A stretch of DNA of 57,313 nucleotides from assembly GCA_964342815.1 (NCBI GenBank), contig CAYFHS010000025.1, positions 1 to 57,313 on the forward strand. Direction: 5' to 3'. Source of the stretch: an uncultured archaeon (lineage in GTDB: Archaea > Thermoplasmatota > Penumbrarchaeia > JASLWR01). How positions within the stretch are numbered: position 1 is the first letter of the stretch; each line of letters opens with the position of its first letter. Positions 1 through 9,053 of this stretch are shown here, one piece after another. Made by a program: the position numbers and the translations under genes. The notes beneath the pieces were generated by a model, which made no database searches, was not told the DNA's origin, and was given only the letters and a program-made list of their open reading frames with translations.

Positions 1-52
1 AGCACTGGCTTGTAAAGAATTTTTGTTTGGATATTAGTTTAGCGTCAAGGCC
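1..52. repeat. Terminal inverted repeat, left copy (probable IS terminus)
   Basis: Bases 1-52 are the exact reverse complement of 57262-57313; identity stops abruptly after ...GCGTCAAGGCC. Confidence 0.95.
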
Positions 53-168
53 AATGTAAACCATCTATTGCCAATAATATCAAAAGGGACTTCAAAATAT
101 TCACTGTTCCGCTGAATTCGTTTCCATCCTTTACTTGCGATCAGATTAATAAGATCATTATGATTCAT
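34..168 (-). pseudogene. 5' fragment of a gene apparently truncated by the terminal repeat element
   Basis: ATG at 168 with TTTAAATA-like box about 25-30 nt upstream; reads MNHNDLINLIASKGWKRIQRNSEYFEVPFDIIGNRWFT then runs into the 52-bp repeat and stops there (TAA 36-34). Confidence 0.4.
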
Positions 169-490
169 CAAGTTTCTCTATTTGTAAAAAATTATTTAAA
201 TATTCGGGAAAATTATTCAGAAATATTTTGTTTGAAACTTGAGTTTTTATAAAACCTGAATCTCTTTGCTGTGTTGTGAAATATCATATATGTATCTATC
301 AAACTGTGTTTAGCAACCTCCCCCAGTATCGCCGGGGCCGCCCCCCTGCGCTGTTGCTCGGGGCTGTGAATGGATTGCCGCCCCGGTCCGGCGTAAGCCT
401 TATTGTTTATGATATTTGTAAGACATGACTTTATATATTTAAGAGGTCCTATCATCCAATATAGTATGTGAAGGTGGATTTCTGAAAAAG

Positions 491-856
491 ATGAAAGATG
501 CTTTTAAAAAGATTATTAATTTTAAGATCAAAGCTTATCCAGTAGTAGTATTAATCGTTGGAACTCTTATCTTTATGGGTCTCCTTTTATTCTTTTTTTT
601 GCTTGAAATGGGATTCGACTTCAGATTAGTACCATATCCATTCGGATTGATTTTGTTAATATACTGTGTGGGTATTGGCCTTTTATTTTCAGCGTCCCTC
701 GTTTACATGATGTTCTTTCGGACATTTAAAAAAACATTTAATGATATAACTGAAATAGATAAAAGAGTAGAATCAAAGATAATACGTAAAATAGTATATC
801 TAATTGCTTTCAGTTTTCTCATAATATTTTCTTTTTTTTTATTAACAGGTTTGTAG
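491..856 (+). CDS. Hypothetical membrane protein (about 3 TM helices)
   Basis: 121-aa ORF with three long hydrophobic segments; AT-rich region. Confidence 0.6.
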   Translation: MKDAFKKIINFKIKAYPVVVLIVGTLIFMGLLLFFFLLEMGFDFRLVPYPFGLILLIYCVGIGLLFSASLVYMMFFRTFKKTFNDITEIDKRVESKIIRKIVYLIAFSFLIIFSFFLLTGL

Positions 857-1290
857 GCAATACCTTAATTGAAGAGCAAAAAGCGGATATACCCCCCCCT
901 CCTGTCCGTCGGTTACTTTGGCAATGTACCAAATTCACATCCTTCTCCATCCCAAACTTTATAACCAGAATTTTCGAGATAATATTCCCAATTCCATAGA
1001 ATCCACACGTCACACACGCAAGAAATAATACAATTTCCATAAACGTCAGGCCAAGGTAAAGGCACTGTAAATAAGTAGAGAGGTTCCTGTTGTGGCCAGG
1101 GTTGAGCAAAAGGCCAGAAGCATAATGTATTTTCGGTAATCACTGCGTACTTTTTGTGGATCGGGATGCTTCCCGTAGTCTTTAATTGAAGGTAAAAGAT
1201 TTGAACCCGGACTAAACCCGAAATCTTTTTTTCGGTCGATTCGAAGATGACTCGGTTTAGATTGTTTCCTGTAAATAATAAAAATTAAAA
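854..1290 (-). pseudogene. Possible frameshifted small membrane-protein gene
   Basis: Overlapping minus-strand ORFs 1046..1375 and 819..1109 each carry one hydrophobic helix and would join with a single-base shift near 1050; boundaries approximate. Confidence 0.25.
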
Positions 1291-1353
1291 TATCGGAAAA
1301 TATAATATATCCATCCACCTTTTCTGATTTATATATTATACGAATTATGTTGG

Positions 1354-3561
1354 GTGATAACCTTGAGAACTGCACGCATATTGATCTGTGGGGTCATTCT
1401 GATCCTTGCGGTTTTTTTCCCGAATGTGGCCGCTGAAAACGATAGTATGAAAGTATTGGTAACAATCGATCGTGAGGAGGATTATTTCGGTGGGGATACG
1501 GGAAAGGTAACGGTGCATGTGTTCGACAAGGGAGAATATATCGAACCGGACGAAATACCCGATTGCAAGATAAAAGGCGGATATTATCCCGATACCGTTG
1601 AAAGGAATATTACTCTCGAAAAGAAATCCGCCGGGATATATGAGGGTGATTTCAAGATATACAGCAGCGACGCCGATGAGCTAAATCGCATGGTGATCAG
1701 CGCAGATGCCTCGTACGGAAAGAGCGATGAAGACGATACGGAATATAATTTGGATGAGGATAGTCAATCCATCGACATCAGTTCCAAGGAAGATGAGGAC
1801 GAGGAAGTGAGCGTAAGTATAATCGACGCACCACCTTCGTTATTTCCGGGTGATACCATAACACTGCGTATCGAGGTGAAAAAGGGAGATGTTCTGACGG
1901 ATGCCGATGAGCTTGACATCAATTATGAATTGGAATACGAGGAGGGGGACCCAGATGAGAACGAACTTCCGTATGACAAGGTGAGTAATGGAATTTATGA
2001 GGCTGTCCTGATCGTTCCTAAAGGAATAAAGGAGAGCTGTCAAATCGATATAACCGCTGAAGCCACTATCGACGAGGATTTCGACTTTGATTTTGAGTCC
2101 GTTAAGATCGATTTCTTCTCTGTATGGTACAAGAAAGGATCACTCGGCGAGACCGTTTGCACTTTCGACGTCTATGTATCTGATGCAGAAGGAAAAGCGC
2201 TTACGAATGCGGATATTAATTTGAACTGGGATGAATGGCGGCGTTCATCAGAGAACGAAGCGACAAAACTCACCGACGGCTCCGGGAAAGCAAGCTTCGA
2301 GATCACCTATGAAGAGGATACGGATGATCTGGAAATAACAGGTAAGATCATGAAGGATGGAAAGACCCAGTTCTTTTCGGGAGTAATCGAGCTGAAGGAG
2401 GATGGCGAAGAGGAAGGAGAATGGGCTGAGCCCGACTATTACGGGATGGACGTCGTTTTCAGAAATAAGCAGCTCTCAGGGGAATCCCCCTACACACTGG
2501 AATGCAGAGCCTTTCTGGAAGGTCAGAGGATATCTAAAAAGGAGGTTTATTATTATATATATGACGATTTAAATGTAATAGCCCATGGAGCCGCCACAAC
2601 GGATATCGATGGTGAATTTTCAATAAAGTTCTCCTACAGTCCCAAGGGATTATTTGATACCATTCGGACATATTTCGAGACCGCCGATGGAGATTATGAC
2701 GGGTGGAGCTGGGATGAACGGAAAAATTCCCTGGATGGAAAGGAATACGCCAGTGAGACTGATTATGTCAGGTTTGAGATAGATGAAGTCCCAGATGTCG
2801 ATTTCGACGATACTTCCATCAAGATCACCGTGAATGAACTGAAACGCGGCGGATTGACTGAGGTTACAGTGACGGGAATCCCGGCGGATATGCTGGCACA
2901 TGTTTCCTGGATTCCCTCCTCGGTTGACAACATCAAGGATATCGATGAATGGGAAAAAACATTCGAATGGAACCAATGGGCCGGCGAGGGACTTATGGCC
3001 CAGGGAACGAGTGTTTCCAACGGGAAGCTCACCTGTGAACTTATGATCCCCGAGTTCATGCCGTCCGGTAAATATACCATCTTTGCGGGATATATCGATG
3101 AATCCGATATCGACGATCCAAATTTTTCACTGGAAGAAGCATATCACATCAACAATGTTATCTTGGAACCCGGTGAATCGGGAACATCCACTGGGACCTC
3201 GGTGGGTTCTCTTTTCAGCAGCGGTGGATTTGTTTGGTTATCGGTCGGGATTTTTATAATTATCCTCGTAGCTATCATTGTTATCATCCTCATGGTAAGG
3301 AGAAAAAAGGGGAAAACCGTGAGTGGATCACCGGAAAAGGATGATCAAGATCATTATCTGGACTCTGATACGATGGTTCAGACTCAGTCTGACCTAAGCT
3401 ATCCCCCACCTTATGAATCACAGACCGAGGCACCCAATACCTTCTATCCCAGACCTCCAAACGATAATCCTCATCCACTAGAACAACAATCGCATATGCC
3501 TCAGCAGGGGCAGTTTCCACCTCCTCCGAGGAGAGGCGGATACCCACCACCTCCATACTAA
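1354..3561 (+). CDS. Acidic secreted, C-terminally membrane-anchored surface protein with Pro/Gln/Tyr-rich cytoplasmic tail
   Basis: Signal peptide, D/E-rich beta-sandwich-like body, TM helix (FVWLSVGIFIIILVAIIVIILMV-RRKK), tail ending GGYPPPPY. Confidence 0.8.
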   Translation: MITLRTARILICGVILILAVFFPNVAAENDSMKVLVTIDREEDYFGGDTGKVTVHVFDKGEYIEPDEIPDCKIKGGYYPDTVERNITLEKKSAGIYEGDFKIYSSDADELNRMVISADASYGKSDEDDTEYNLDEDSQSIDISSKEDEDEEVSVSIIDAPPSLFPGDTITLRIEVKKGDVLTDADELDINYELEYEEGDPDENELPYDKVSNGIYEAVLIVPKGIKESCQIDITAEATIDEDFDFDFESVKIDFFSVWYKKGSLGETVCTFDVYVSDAEGKALTNADINLNWDEWRRSSENEATKLTDGSGKASFEITYEEDTDDLEITGKIMKDGKTQFFSGVIELKEDGEEEGEWAEPDYYGMDVVFRNKQLSGESPYTLECRAFLEGQRISKKEVYYYIYDDLNVIAHGAATTDIDGEFSIKFSYSPKGLFDTIRTYFETADGDYDGWSWDERKNSLDGKEYASETDYVRFEIDEVPDVDFDDTSIKITVNELKRGGLTEVTVTGIPADMLAHVSWIPSSVDNIKDIDEWEKTFEWNQWAGEGLMAQGTSVSNGKLTCELMIPEFMPSGKYTIFAGYIDESDIDDPNFSLEEAYHINNVILEPGESGTSTGTSVGSLFSSGGFVWLSVGIFIIILVAIIVIILMVRRKKGKTVSGSPEKDDQDHYLDSDTMVQTQSDLSYPPPYESQTEAPNTFYPRPPNDNPHPLEQQSHMPQQGQFPPPPRRGGYPPPPY

Positions 3562-3744
3562 GGGAGTTATTTAACTTGATTTAAAGTTTTAAGGGTATCA
3601 TCTGTGGCGTAGTTGAATGTAACTGTGATAAGGCTCCATTACTCCTGGGCAGGGATCTCAAGGGGATTTCTTATGACGGAGTCGGGTAGCTTAAAGGCGA
3701 CGATAAAAATTCCATTCACTTCTTAGTTGCAAATTAAAAAAAAA

Positions 3745-3848
3745 TGCTCCTCGCGGAGATAAAACTACGGTTCATTCCTGAGTCGCACATTTTGAAAATA
3801 AAAATGTGCTCCTAGCGAAGGCAAACCTCGGTTTGCTTCTAAGTCGCA
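3745..3848. repeat. Two tandem imperfect palindromes (TGCTCCT...AGTCGCA) downstream of tRNA-Glu
   Basis: Units 3745-3787 and 3807-3848 both start with TGCTCC, as does the tRNA 3' end at 3865, and both end in AGTCGCA; the second has a GCAAAC-ctcg-GTTTGC hairpin. Confidence 0.75.
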
Positions 3849-3864
3849 TATTTATAAATAAATA

Positions 3865-3959
3865 TGCTCCCGAGGGGATTTGAACCCCTGTCAATGGCTT
3901 TCTCCGTACTGGTCGTACGCGAGAGGCCATTATGCTTGGCCGGACTACACTACGGGAGC
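3865..3959 (-). tRNA. tRNA-Glu(CTC) with 20-nt intron at 37/38 (3900-3919)
   Basis: Acceptor GCTCCCG/CGGGAGC, anticodon stem ATGGC/GCCAT, T-arm AGGGG-TTCAAAT-CCCCT; intron forms a bulge-helix-bulge (CUCU/GGAG central helix, GUAC/GUAC outer helix). Confidence 0.95.
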
Positions 3960-4049
3960 ACGTATAACCAATGATTTTCTGGCGTTATGGCGCTTTTTAT
4001 AGTTAAATGTTATAGTCATATATATCCCGGCTGAAATGAATAAACATCA

Positions 4050-5735
4050 TTACTTTTTCTGCTGTTTCTGAATCCTGGCCCAGGTGTCGCGAAGTCCCAC
4101 GGTCCTGTTGAATACGAGCTTCTCCGAAGTCGTATCCGGGTCCACGCAGAAATAACCCTGACGTTCGAACTGGAATCGATCATATTTTTTCAACTCACTC
4201 ACAGCCGGTTCTACCTTGCAGCTATCGAGTATCGTAAGGGAATCCGTGTTCAATAACTCCTTGTAACTCCTATCCTTTTGTCCAGCCGGATCCTCCACCG
4301 TGAACAACTTGTCGTAAAGGCGTATTTCAGCATCGAGAGCGCGTTCGGCAGAAACCCAGTGCATGGTGGACCGCACCCTGCGGCCGTCCGGAGCATCGCC
4401 GCCCCTTGTCGCCGGATCGATAGTGCATCGAAGCTCCACCACTTCGCCGTTCTCATCGCTTACATAATCATTGCACGTCATGAAATATGCATACCGCAAA
4501 CGCACCTCCCTTCCCGGACCCAACCTGAAGAAGCGCCTCGGTGGATTCACCATGAAATCATCCCGTTCGATATATATTACGCGGGAAAATGGTACCTTTC
4601 GCGTTCCGGCATCCGGGTCCTCAGGGTTGTTCACCGCCGTCATTTCCTCCGTCTCACCTTCCGGATAGTTATCGATGATCACCTTTAGAGGATTCAAAAC
4701 ACCCATGAATCGGAGTGCGGTTTTATTTAGATCGTCGCGGATACAATGCTCGAGAAACTCAATGGCGATGGTGCTGTTCACCTTTGCAACCCCAATGCGG
4801 GAGCAGAAGTTCCTGATGGCAGAAGGGGAATAACCTCGTCTTCGCATTCCGCTTATTGTGGGTAAGCGCGGGTCGTCCCATCCCTTCACGAAACCTTCTT
4901 CCACCAGTTCCAGTAACATCCGCTTGCTCATCACAGTGTAGGTGAGATTGAGGCGTGCGAACTCTATCTGCTGCGGGCGGTAAACGCCAAGTTCCTCGAG
5001 GAACCAATCGTAGAGGGGTCGATGGTTCTCAAACTCGAGAGTGCATATGGAATGCGTGATGCCCTCGATTGAATCCTCAAGGCCGTGGGCCCAGTCGTAC
5101 ATCGGGTATATACACCATTTATCTCCGGTGCGGTGATGGGCTGCGTGAAGTATTCTATATACGACAGGATCCCGCATGTTCATATTCGAATGGGCCATGT
5201 CAATTTTAGCGCGCAACACCTTCTCGCCGTTTTCAAATTCACCTGCCTTCATCCTTTTAAAGAGACCCATGTTCTCCTCAATGCTGCGCTCGCGATGGGG
5301 GCTGTTTCTACCAGCTGATGTTAGCGTTCCCCTGTAATCGCTTATCTTCTCAGCCGGAAGGTCATCCACATATGCATTTCCTGCCTCCACCAGCTTAAGT
5401 GCTAATTCATACATCCGCCCGAAATAGTCCGACGCAAAGAACAGTCGGTCCTCCCAGTCGAATCCCAACCATCGAACGTCCTCGATGATTGATTGCACGT
5501 ATTCAGTTTCCTCCTTCGATGGGTTCGTATCATCGAAACGGAGATTGCATTTTCCCCTGTATTCCCCGGCGATACCAAAGTTCAGGCAGATGGACTTTGC
5601 ATGACCGATATGTAGATAGCCGTTGGGTTCGGGAGGGAAACGCGTGTGTACCCGGCCGTCGTACTTCCCCGTTTCGTTGTCTTCATCGATAATACTGCGG
5701 ATAAAATCATGCAGGGGAGAGTCGGGGGATTTCAT
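4050..5735 (-). CDS. glnS: Glutamine--tRNA ligase, bacterial-type GlnRS
   Basis: [55 protein letters not shown] and FQFERQGYF motifs typical of E. coli-like GlnRS, not archaeal GluRS; GGTGA RBS upstream. Confidence 0.93.
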   Translation of the reverse strand: MKSPDSPLHDFIRSIIDEDNETGKYDGRVHTRFPPEPNGYLHIGHAKSICLNFGIAGEYRGKCNLRFDDTNPSKEETEYVQSIIEDVRWLGFDWEDRLFFASDYFGRMYELALKLVEAGNAYVDDLPAEKISDYRGTLTSAGRNSPHRERSIEENMGLFKRMKAGEFENGEKVLRAKIDMAHSNMNMRDPVVYRILHAAHHRTGDKWCIYPMYDWAHGLEDSIEGITHSICTLEFENHRPLYDWFLEELGVYRPQQIEFARLNLTYTVMSKRMLLELVEEGFVKGWDDPRLPTISGMRRRGYSPSAIRNFCSRIGVAKVNSTIAIEFLEHCIRDDLNKTALRFMGVLNPLKVIIDNYPEGETEEMTAVNNPEDPDAGTRKVPFSRVIYIERDDFMVNPPRRFFRLGPGREVRLRYAYFMTCNDYVSDENGEVVELRCTIDPATRGGDAPDGRRVRSTMHWVSAERALDAEIRLYDKLFTVEDPAGQKDRSYKELLNTDSLTILDSCKVEPAVSELKKYDRFQFERQGYFCVDPDTTSEKLVFNRTVGLRDTWARIQKQQKK

Positions 5736-5834
5736 TTCAGCTCACCGGTTTTTTATTAACAAAAAGAAATAATCTGGATATGTAATTGTTTAATATTTCA
5801 GGTTTTCATTGATAAATGGATTTAATGCAGAAGA

Positions 5835-5906
5835 TAGCCCCGAGCAGATTCGAACTGCTGTCCAGAGATCCAGAGTCTCTGATGCTAACCACTACACCAC
5901 GGGGCT
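5835..5906 (-). tRNA. tRNA-Gln(CTG), archaeal type (A1:U72)
   Basis: Acceptor AGCCCCG/CGGGGCT, anticodon arm AGAGA-CTCTGGA-TCTCT, T-arm AGCAG-TTCGAAT-CTGCT, discriminator A. Confidence 0.96.
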
Positions 5907-5943
5907 ACTTTGTTCAGAAACTTTAGGCTCATACCGGATACAC

Positions 5944-5957
5944 AATATATACTTTTT
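5944..5957 (-). promoter_or_regulatory. BRE/TATA box of tRNA-Gln
   Basis: Minus strand AAAAAGTATATATT about 40 nt upstream of the mature tRNA 5' end. Confidence 0.55.
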
Positions 5958-6161
5958 GTAATCCGGTTATTCGATGGATAATATTGTAAATTCAAAGGAA
6001 CGGACCAGCTAAAAAACTTGCTCATTAAAAATATATAATTATTCATATATTAATACTAAATCAATATATCTAGTTTATTTTATTGACATCCCAAAAGCAA
6101 TAATTCCAAAACAGTTTTATCATAAAATTTACATCCAGTTCGTGGATCTTAGGTGATCATC

Positions 6162-7526
6162 ATGCACTTCATTCCAAACTTGTGTTTCAGAGATAAGATG
6201 CTCAAGGACATGGGCATTTCTTCCGTGGAGGAATTGTTCTCGGATATCCCCGACGGCGTTAGGATAGATCGTGTTGATCTACCTCCCGGGAAAACCGAGA
6301 TGGAAGTTGAATACATTATTAAGGATATTACTGCCAAGAACACGGCCTTGAATGAGGTAAATTCATTTCTCGGGGCTGGCGTCTATAATCATTTCATTCC
6401 AGCTGTTGTGGATTATTTATCGTCGAGAAGCGAATTTCTTACCACTTATACCCCATACCAGGGGGAGATCAGCCAGGGCATGCTACAGTGCCTTTTCGAA
6501 TATCAATCATATATCGCGGAATTGACCGGACAGGACATATCCAACTCATCGTTATATGATGCAGCAACGGCCATAGGCGAAGCAGCCATCATGTGCAAGG
6601 CGGTTACCAGAAAAAGAGAGTTCATTGTGGCAAGCCCCCTACCAAAGAGTAAGATGTCGGTTCTCGAAAATTATACCAAATATCAGAATATTGTTATTAA
6701 AACAGTAGACTACGATCCGGTCACCGGTAGGCTTGAGCTTGAAAGTCTGGCTGGTTCCATAAACGGCGATACATGCGGTATTTACGTGGAAAATCCGAAC
6801 TACTTCGGGGTACTGGAAAAAGACATCGCAAGAATACCCGAAATGCTGGGAGAAGGAAGAAAGAGACCCCTTTTCGTGGAAGGGTTCAATCTTTTAACTG
6901 CTCCTTTTGTGGAGAATCCTGGTGAGACCGGTGCCGACGTGGCAATCGGGGAAGTACAATTCGGTAATCCCCCGTCATTCGGCGGACCCGGTGCGGGGTA
7001 CATTGCCTGCAATAAGAAATTCGTGCGCAAGATGCCCGGGAGGTTGATCGGATACACAAAGGATCGTGATGGGGAGGATTCCTATGTCATGACTCTGCAA
7101 ACCCGGGAGCAGCACATACGGAGGGAACGGGCTACTTCCAATATCTGCTCGAACCAGGCATTGTGTGCAGTTAGATGCGCAATGACCCTAGCTTGTCTCG
7201 GACCCAGGGGGTTGTACGAGATGAGTCTTGGCAATCTGACCAATTCCCATCGTCTCCAGGAAGAGCTTTCGAAGATTCACGGTATAAGCGCACCGCGATT
7301 CAAAAGCGATTACTTCAATGAGTTTGTGGTCACAATTGATCCTGATATATTTAATCCTGCAAAACTCTATAACGATCTTCTGAAAATGGGGAATATTTTC
7401 GGTTATCCTCTTGGAATGGATTTTCCCGAACTTGAAAACTCGTTTCTTATCTGCGCTACCGAACTGAATTCAAAAGAATCCATTGATAAATTAATTTCAG
7501 ATCTGAGATCAGTGGGGGTGGTCTAA
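6162..7526 (+). CDS. gcvPA: Glycine dehydrogenase (decarboxylating) subunit 1
   Basis: FLGAGVYNHFIP, YTPYQGEISQG, YVMTLQTREQHIRRERATSNICSNQAL; GGTGA RBS favours ATG 6162. Confidence 0.96.
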   Translation: MHFIPNLCFRDKMLKDMGISSVEELFSDIPDGVRIDRVDLPPGKTEMEVEYIIKDITAKNTALNEVNSFLGAGVYNHFIPAVVDYLSSRSEFLTTYTPYQGEISQGMLQCLFEYQSYIAELTGQDISNSSLYDAATAIGEAAIMCKAVTRKREFIVASPLPKSKMSVLENYTKYQNIVIKTVDYDPVTGRLELESLAGSINGDTCGIYVENPNYFGVLEKDIARIPEMLGEGRKRPLFVEGFNLLTAPFVENPGETGADVAIGEVQFGNPPSFGGPGAGYIACNKKFVRKMPGRLIGYTKDRDGEDSYVMTLQTREQHIRRERATSNICSNQALCAVRCAMTLACLGPRGLYEMSLGNLTNSHRLQEELSKIHGISAPRFKSDYFNEFVVTIDPDIFNPAKLYNDLLKMGNIFGYPLGMDFPELENSFLICATELNSKESIDKLISDLRSVGVV

Positions 7527-9028
7527 TGGCTTACCGGCAGGCAAAATATGATGAACCTCTGATATTTGAGATGGGTTGCAGCGATAAACAGTCGGTATGC
7601 TTTTCAAAGGAATGTCAGGACCCGACCTTGATCGCGAAATTCATCCCGAAAGAGATCAGGAAAAAGGAAAGCGTGAACATCCCGGGTCTAACCGAGGTCG
7701 AAATTGCACGCCATTACACCCGTCTCTCACAGATGAACTGGGGCGTGGACAGCGGTTTCTATCCACTGGGGTCCTGTACCATGAAATACAATCCGAAATT
7801 CTCGGAGAAAATGGCTTCTCTAGAACGTTTTTCTCTTACCCACCCGATGCAGCCAGTGGATATGGTACAAGGAAATCTTGAACTAATATATGAACTGGAA
7901 AAAACTCTCTCAGTTATCGGCGGTGTTGAAGCAGTGACGCTTCAACCTGCGGCTGGAGCTCACGGCGAGTTTACCGGCCTTCTCATTGCCCGGGCCTTCC
8001 ATGAAGCGAACGGGGAAGAACGCGGCGAGGTGATATTACCGGATACGGCCCACGGCACAAATCCGGCAAGCGGAGCAATGGCCGGGCTCAAGGTTATCGA
8101 GATTCCATCTGAAGAGGACGGCTGCGTGAACTTAGAAGCATTGGAGGCAGCTCTATCTGAAAGAACATGTGCTTTCATGCTTACTAATCCGAATACTCTC
8201 GGTATATTCGAAAGACAGGTGCAGGAGATCGCAGAAAAGGTGCATTCTTACGGAGCTCTTCTGTACTATGACGGCGCTAATCTCAACGCAGTAATGGGAA
8301 AGACGACGCCTGGAAAGATGGGATTCGATATAGTACATTTCAATCTTCACAAAACATTTGGGACTCCACACGGTGGAGGCGGACCCGGGGCAGGTCCCAT
8401 CGGCGTTACGAAAGAGCTGGAGAAATTCCTTCCGATACCTCGCATTGTAAAACGAGTGGGAGATGAGAGTTCGGTAAAATTTGAACTAGAACATACACAA
8501 CCATATTCGATAGGTAGGATCCACGGCCAGCTGGGGAATTTTCTCGTCCTTGTGAAGGCATACGTCTATATAATGCTGGTGGGTGGAGACGGTCTTGAGA
8601 AAGTTTCGGAAGCAGCGGTAATGAATTCGAATTATCTGAAAATGAAACTTGAGCATTTGTTCCCTCTGCCATATCCGGGACTCCGAAAGCATGAATTTGT
8701 CTTGAACGGAAGTATTCTCAAGAAAAAGGGTGCAAGCACTTTAGACGCGGCAAAATGGCTTCTCGATGAAGGAATTCACGCTCCTACCATTTATTTTCCG
8801 CAAATATTCCACGAGGCCATTATGATCGAGCCTACCGAGACAGAGACCATTGAGGAGATGGACCGGTTCATAAAGGCAATGGAGGCTATTGCAGAATCCG
8901 ATGGGGAAGAACTGAGGAATTGCCCGCAAAATACCGCTAGAAAGAGACTGGATGAGACCTTTGCCGCAAAGAACATGATATTCACGTACAGGGCTTTATT
9001 GGAATGGCGTGAAAAGAATTCGCTTTAA
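7526..9028 (+). CDS. gcvPB: Glycine dehydrogenase (decarboxylating) subunit 2
   Basis: FYPLGSCTMKYNP, QPAAGAHGE, HFNLHKTFGTPHGGGGPG (PLP lysine); start overlaps gcvPA stop. Confidence 0.96.
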   Translation: MAYRQAKYDEPLIFEMGCSDKQSVCFSKECQDPTLIAKFIPKEIRKKESVNIPGLTEVEIARHYTRLSQMNWGVDSGFYPLGSCTMKYNPKFSEKMASLERFSLTHPMQPVDMVQGNLELIYELEKTLSVIGGVEAVTLQPAAGAHGEFTGLLIARAFHEANGEERGEVILPDTAHGTNPASGAMAGLKVIEIPSEEDGCVNLEALEAALSERTCAFMLTNPNTLGIFERQVQEIAEKVHSYGALLYYDGANLNAVMGKTTPGKMGFDIVHFNLHKTFGTPHGGGGPGAGPIGVTKELEKFLPIPRIVKRVGDESSVKFELEHTQPYSIGRIHGQLGNFLVLVKAYVYIMLVGGDGLEKVSEAAVMNSNYLKMKLEHLFPLPYPGLRKHEFVLNGSILKKKGASTLDAAKWLLDEGIHAPTIYFPQIFHEAIMIEPTETETIEEMDRFIKAMEAIAESDGEELRNCPQNTARKRLDETFAAKNMIFTYRALLEWREKNSL

Positions 9029-9053
9029 TTTTTTTATAATGGGTGACAGGACA

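Noticed and set aside
3745-3872. CRISPR array
   Set aside because: Only two degenerate units, no constant repeat with unique spacers, no cas genes.
4050-5735. Archaeal non-discriminating GluRS misread as GlnRS
   Set aside because: Lacks the archaeal GluRS N-terminal helical domain and carries GlnRS-type YPMYDxAH and VMSKR motifs.
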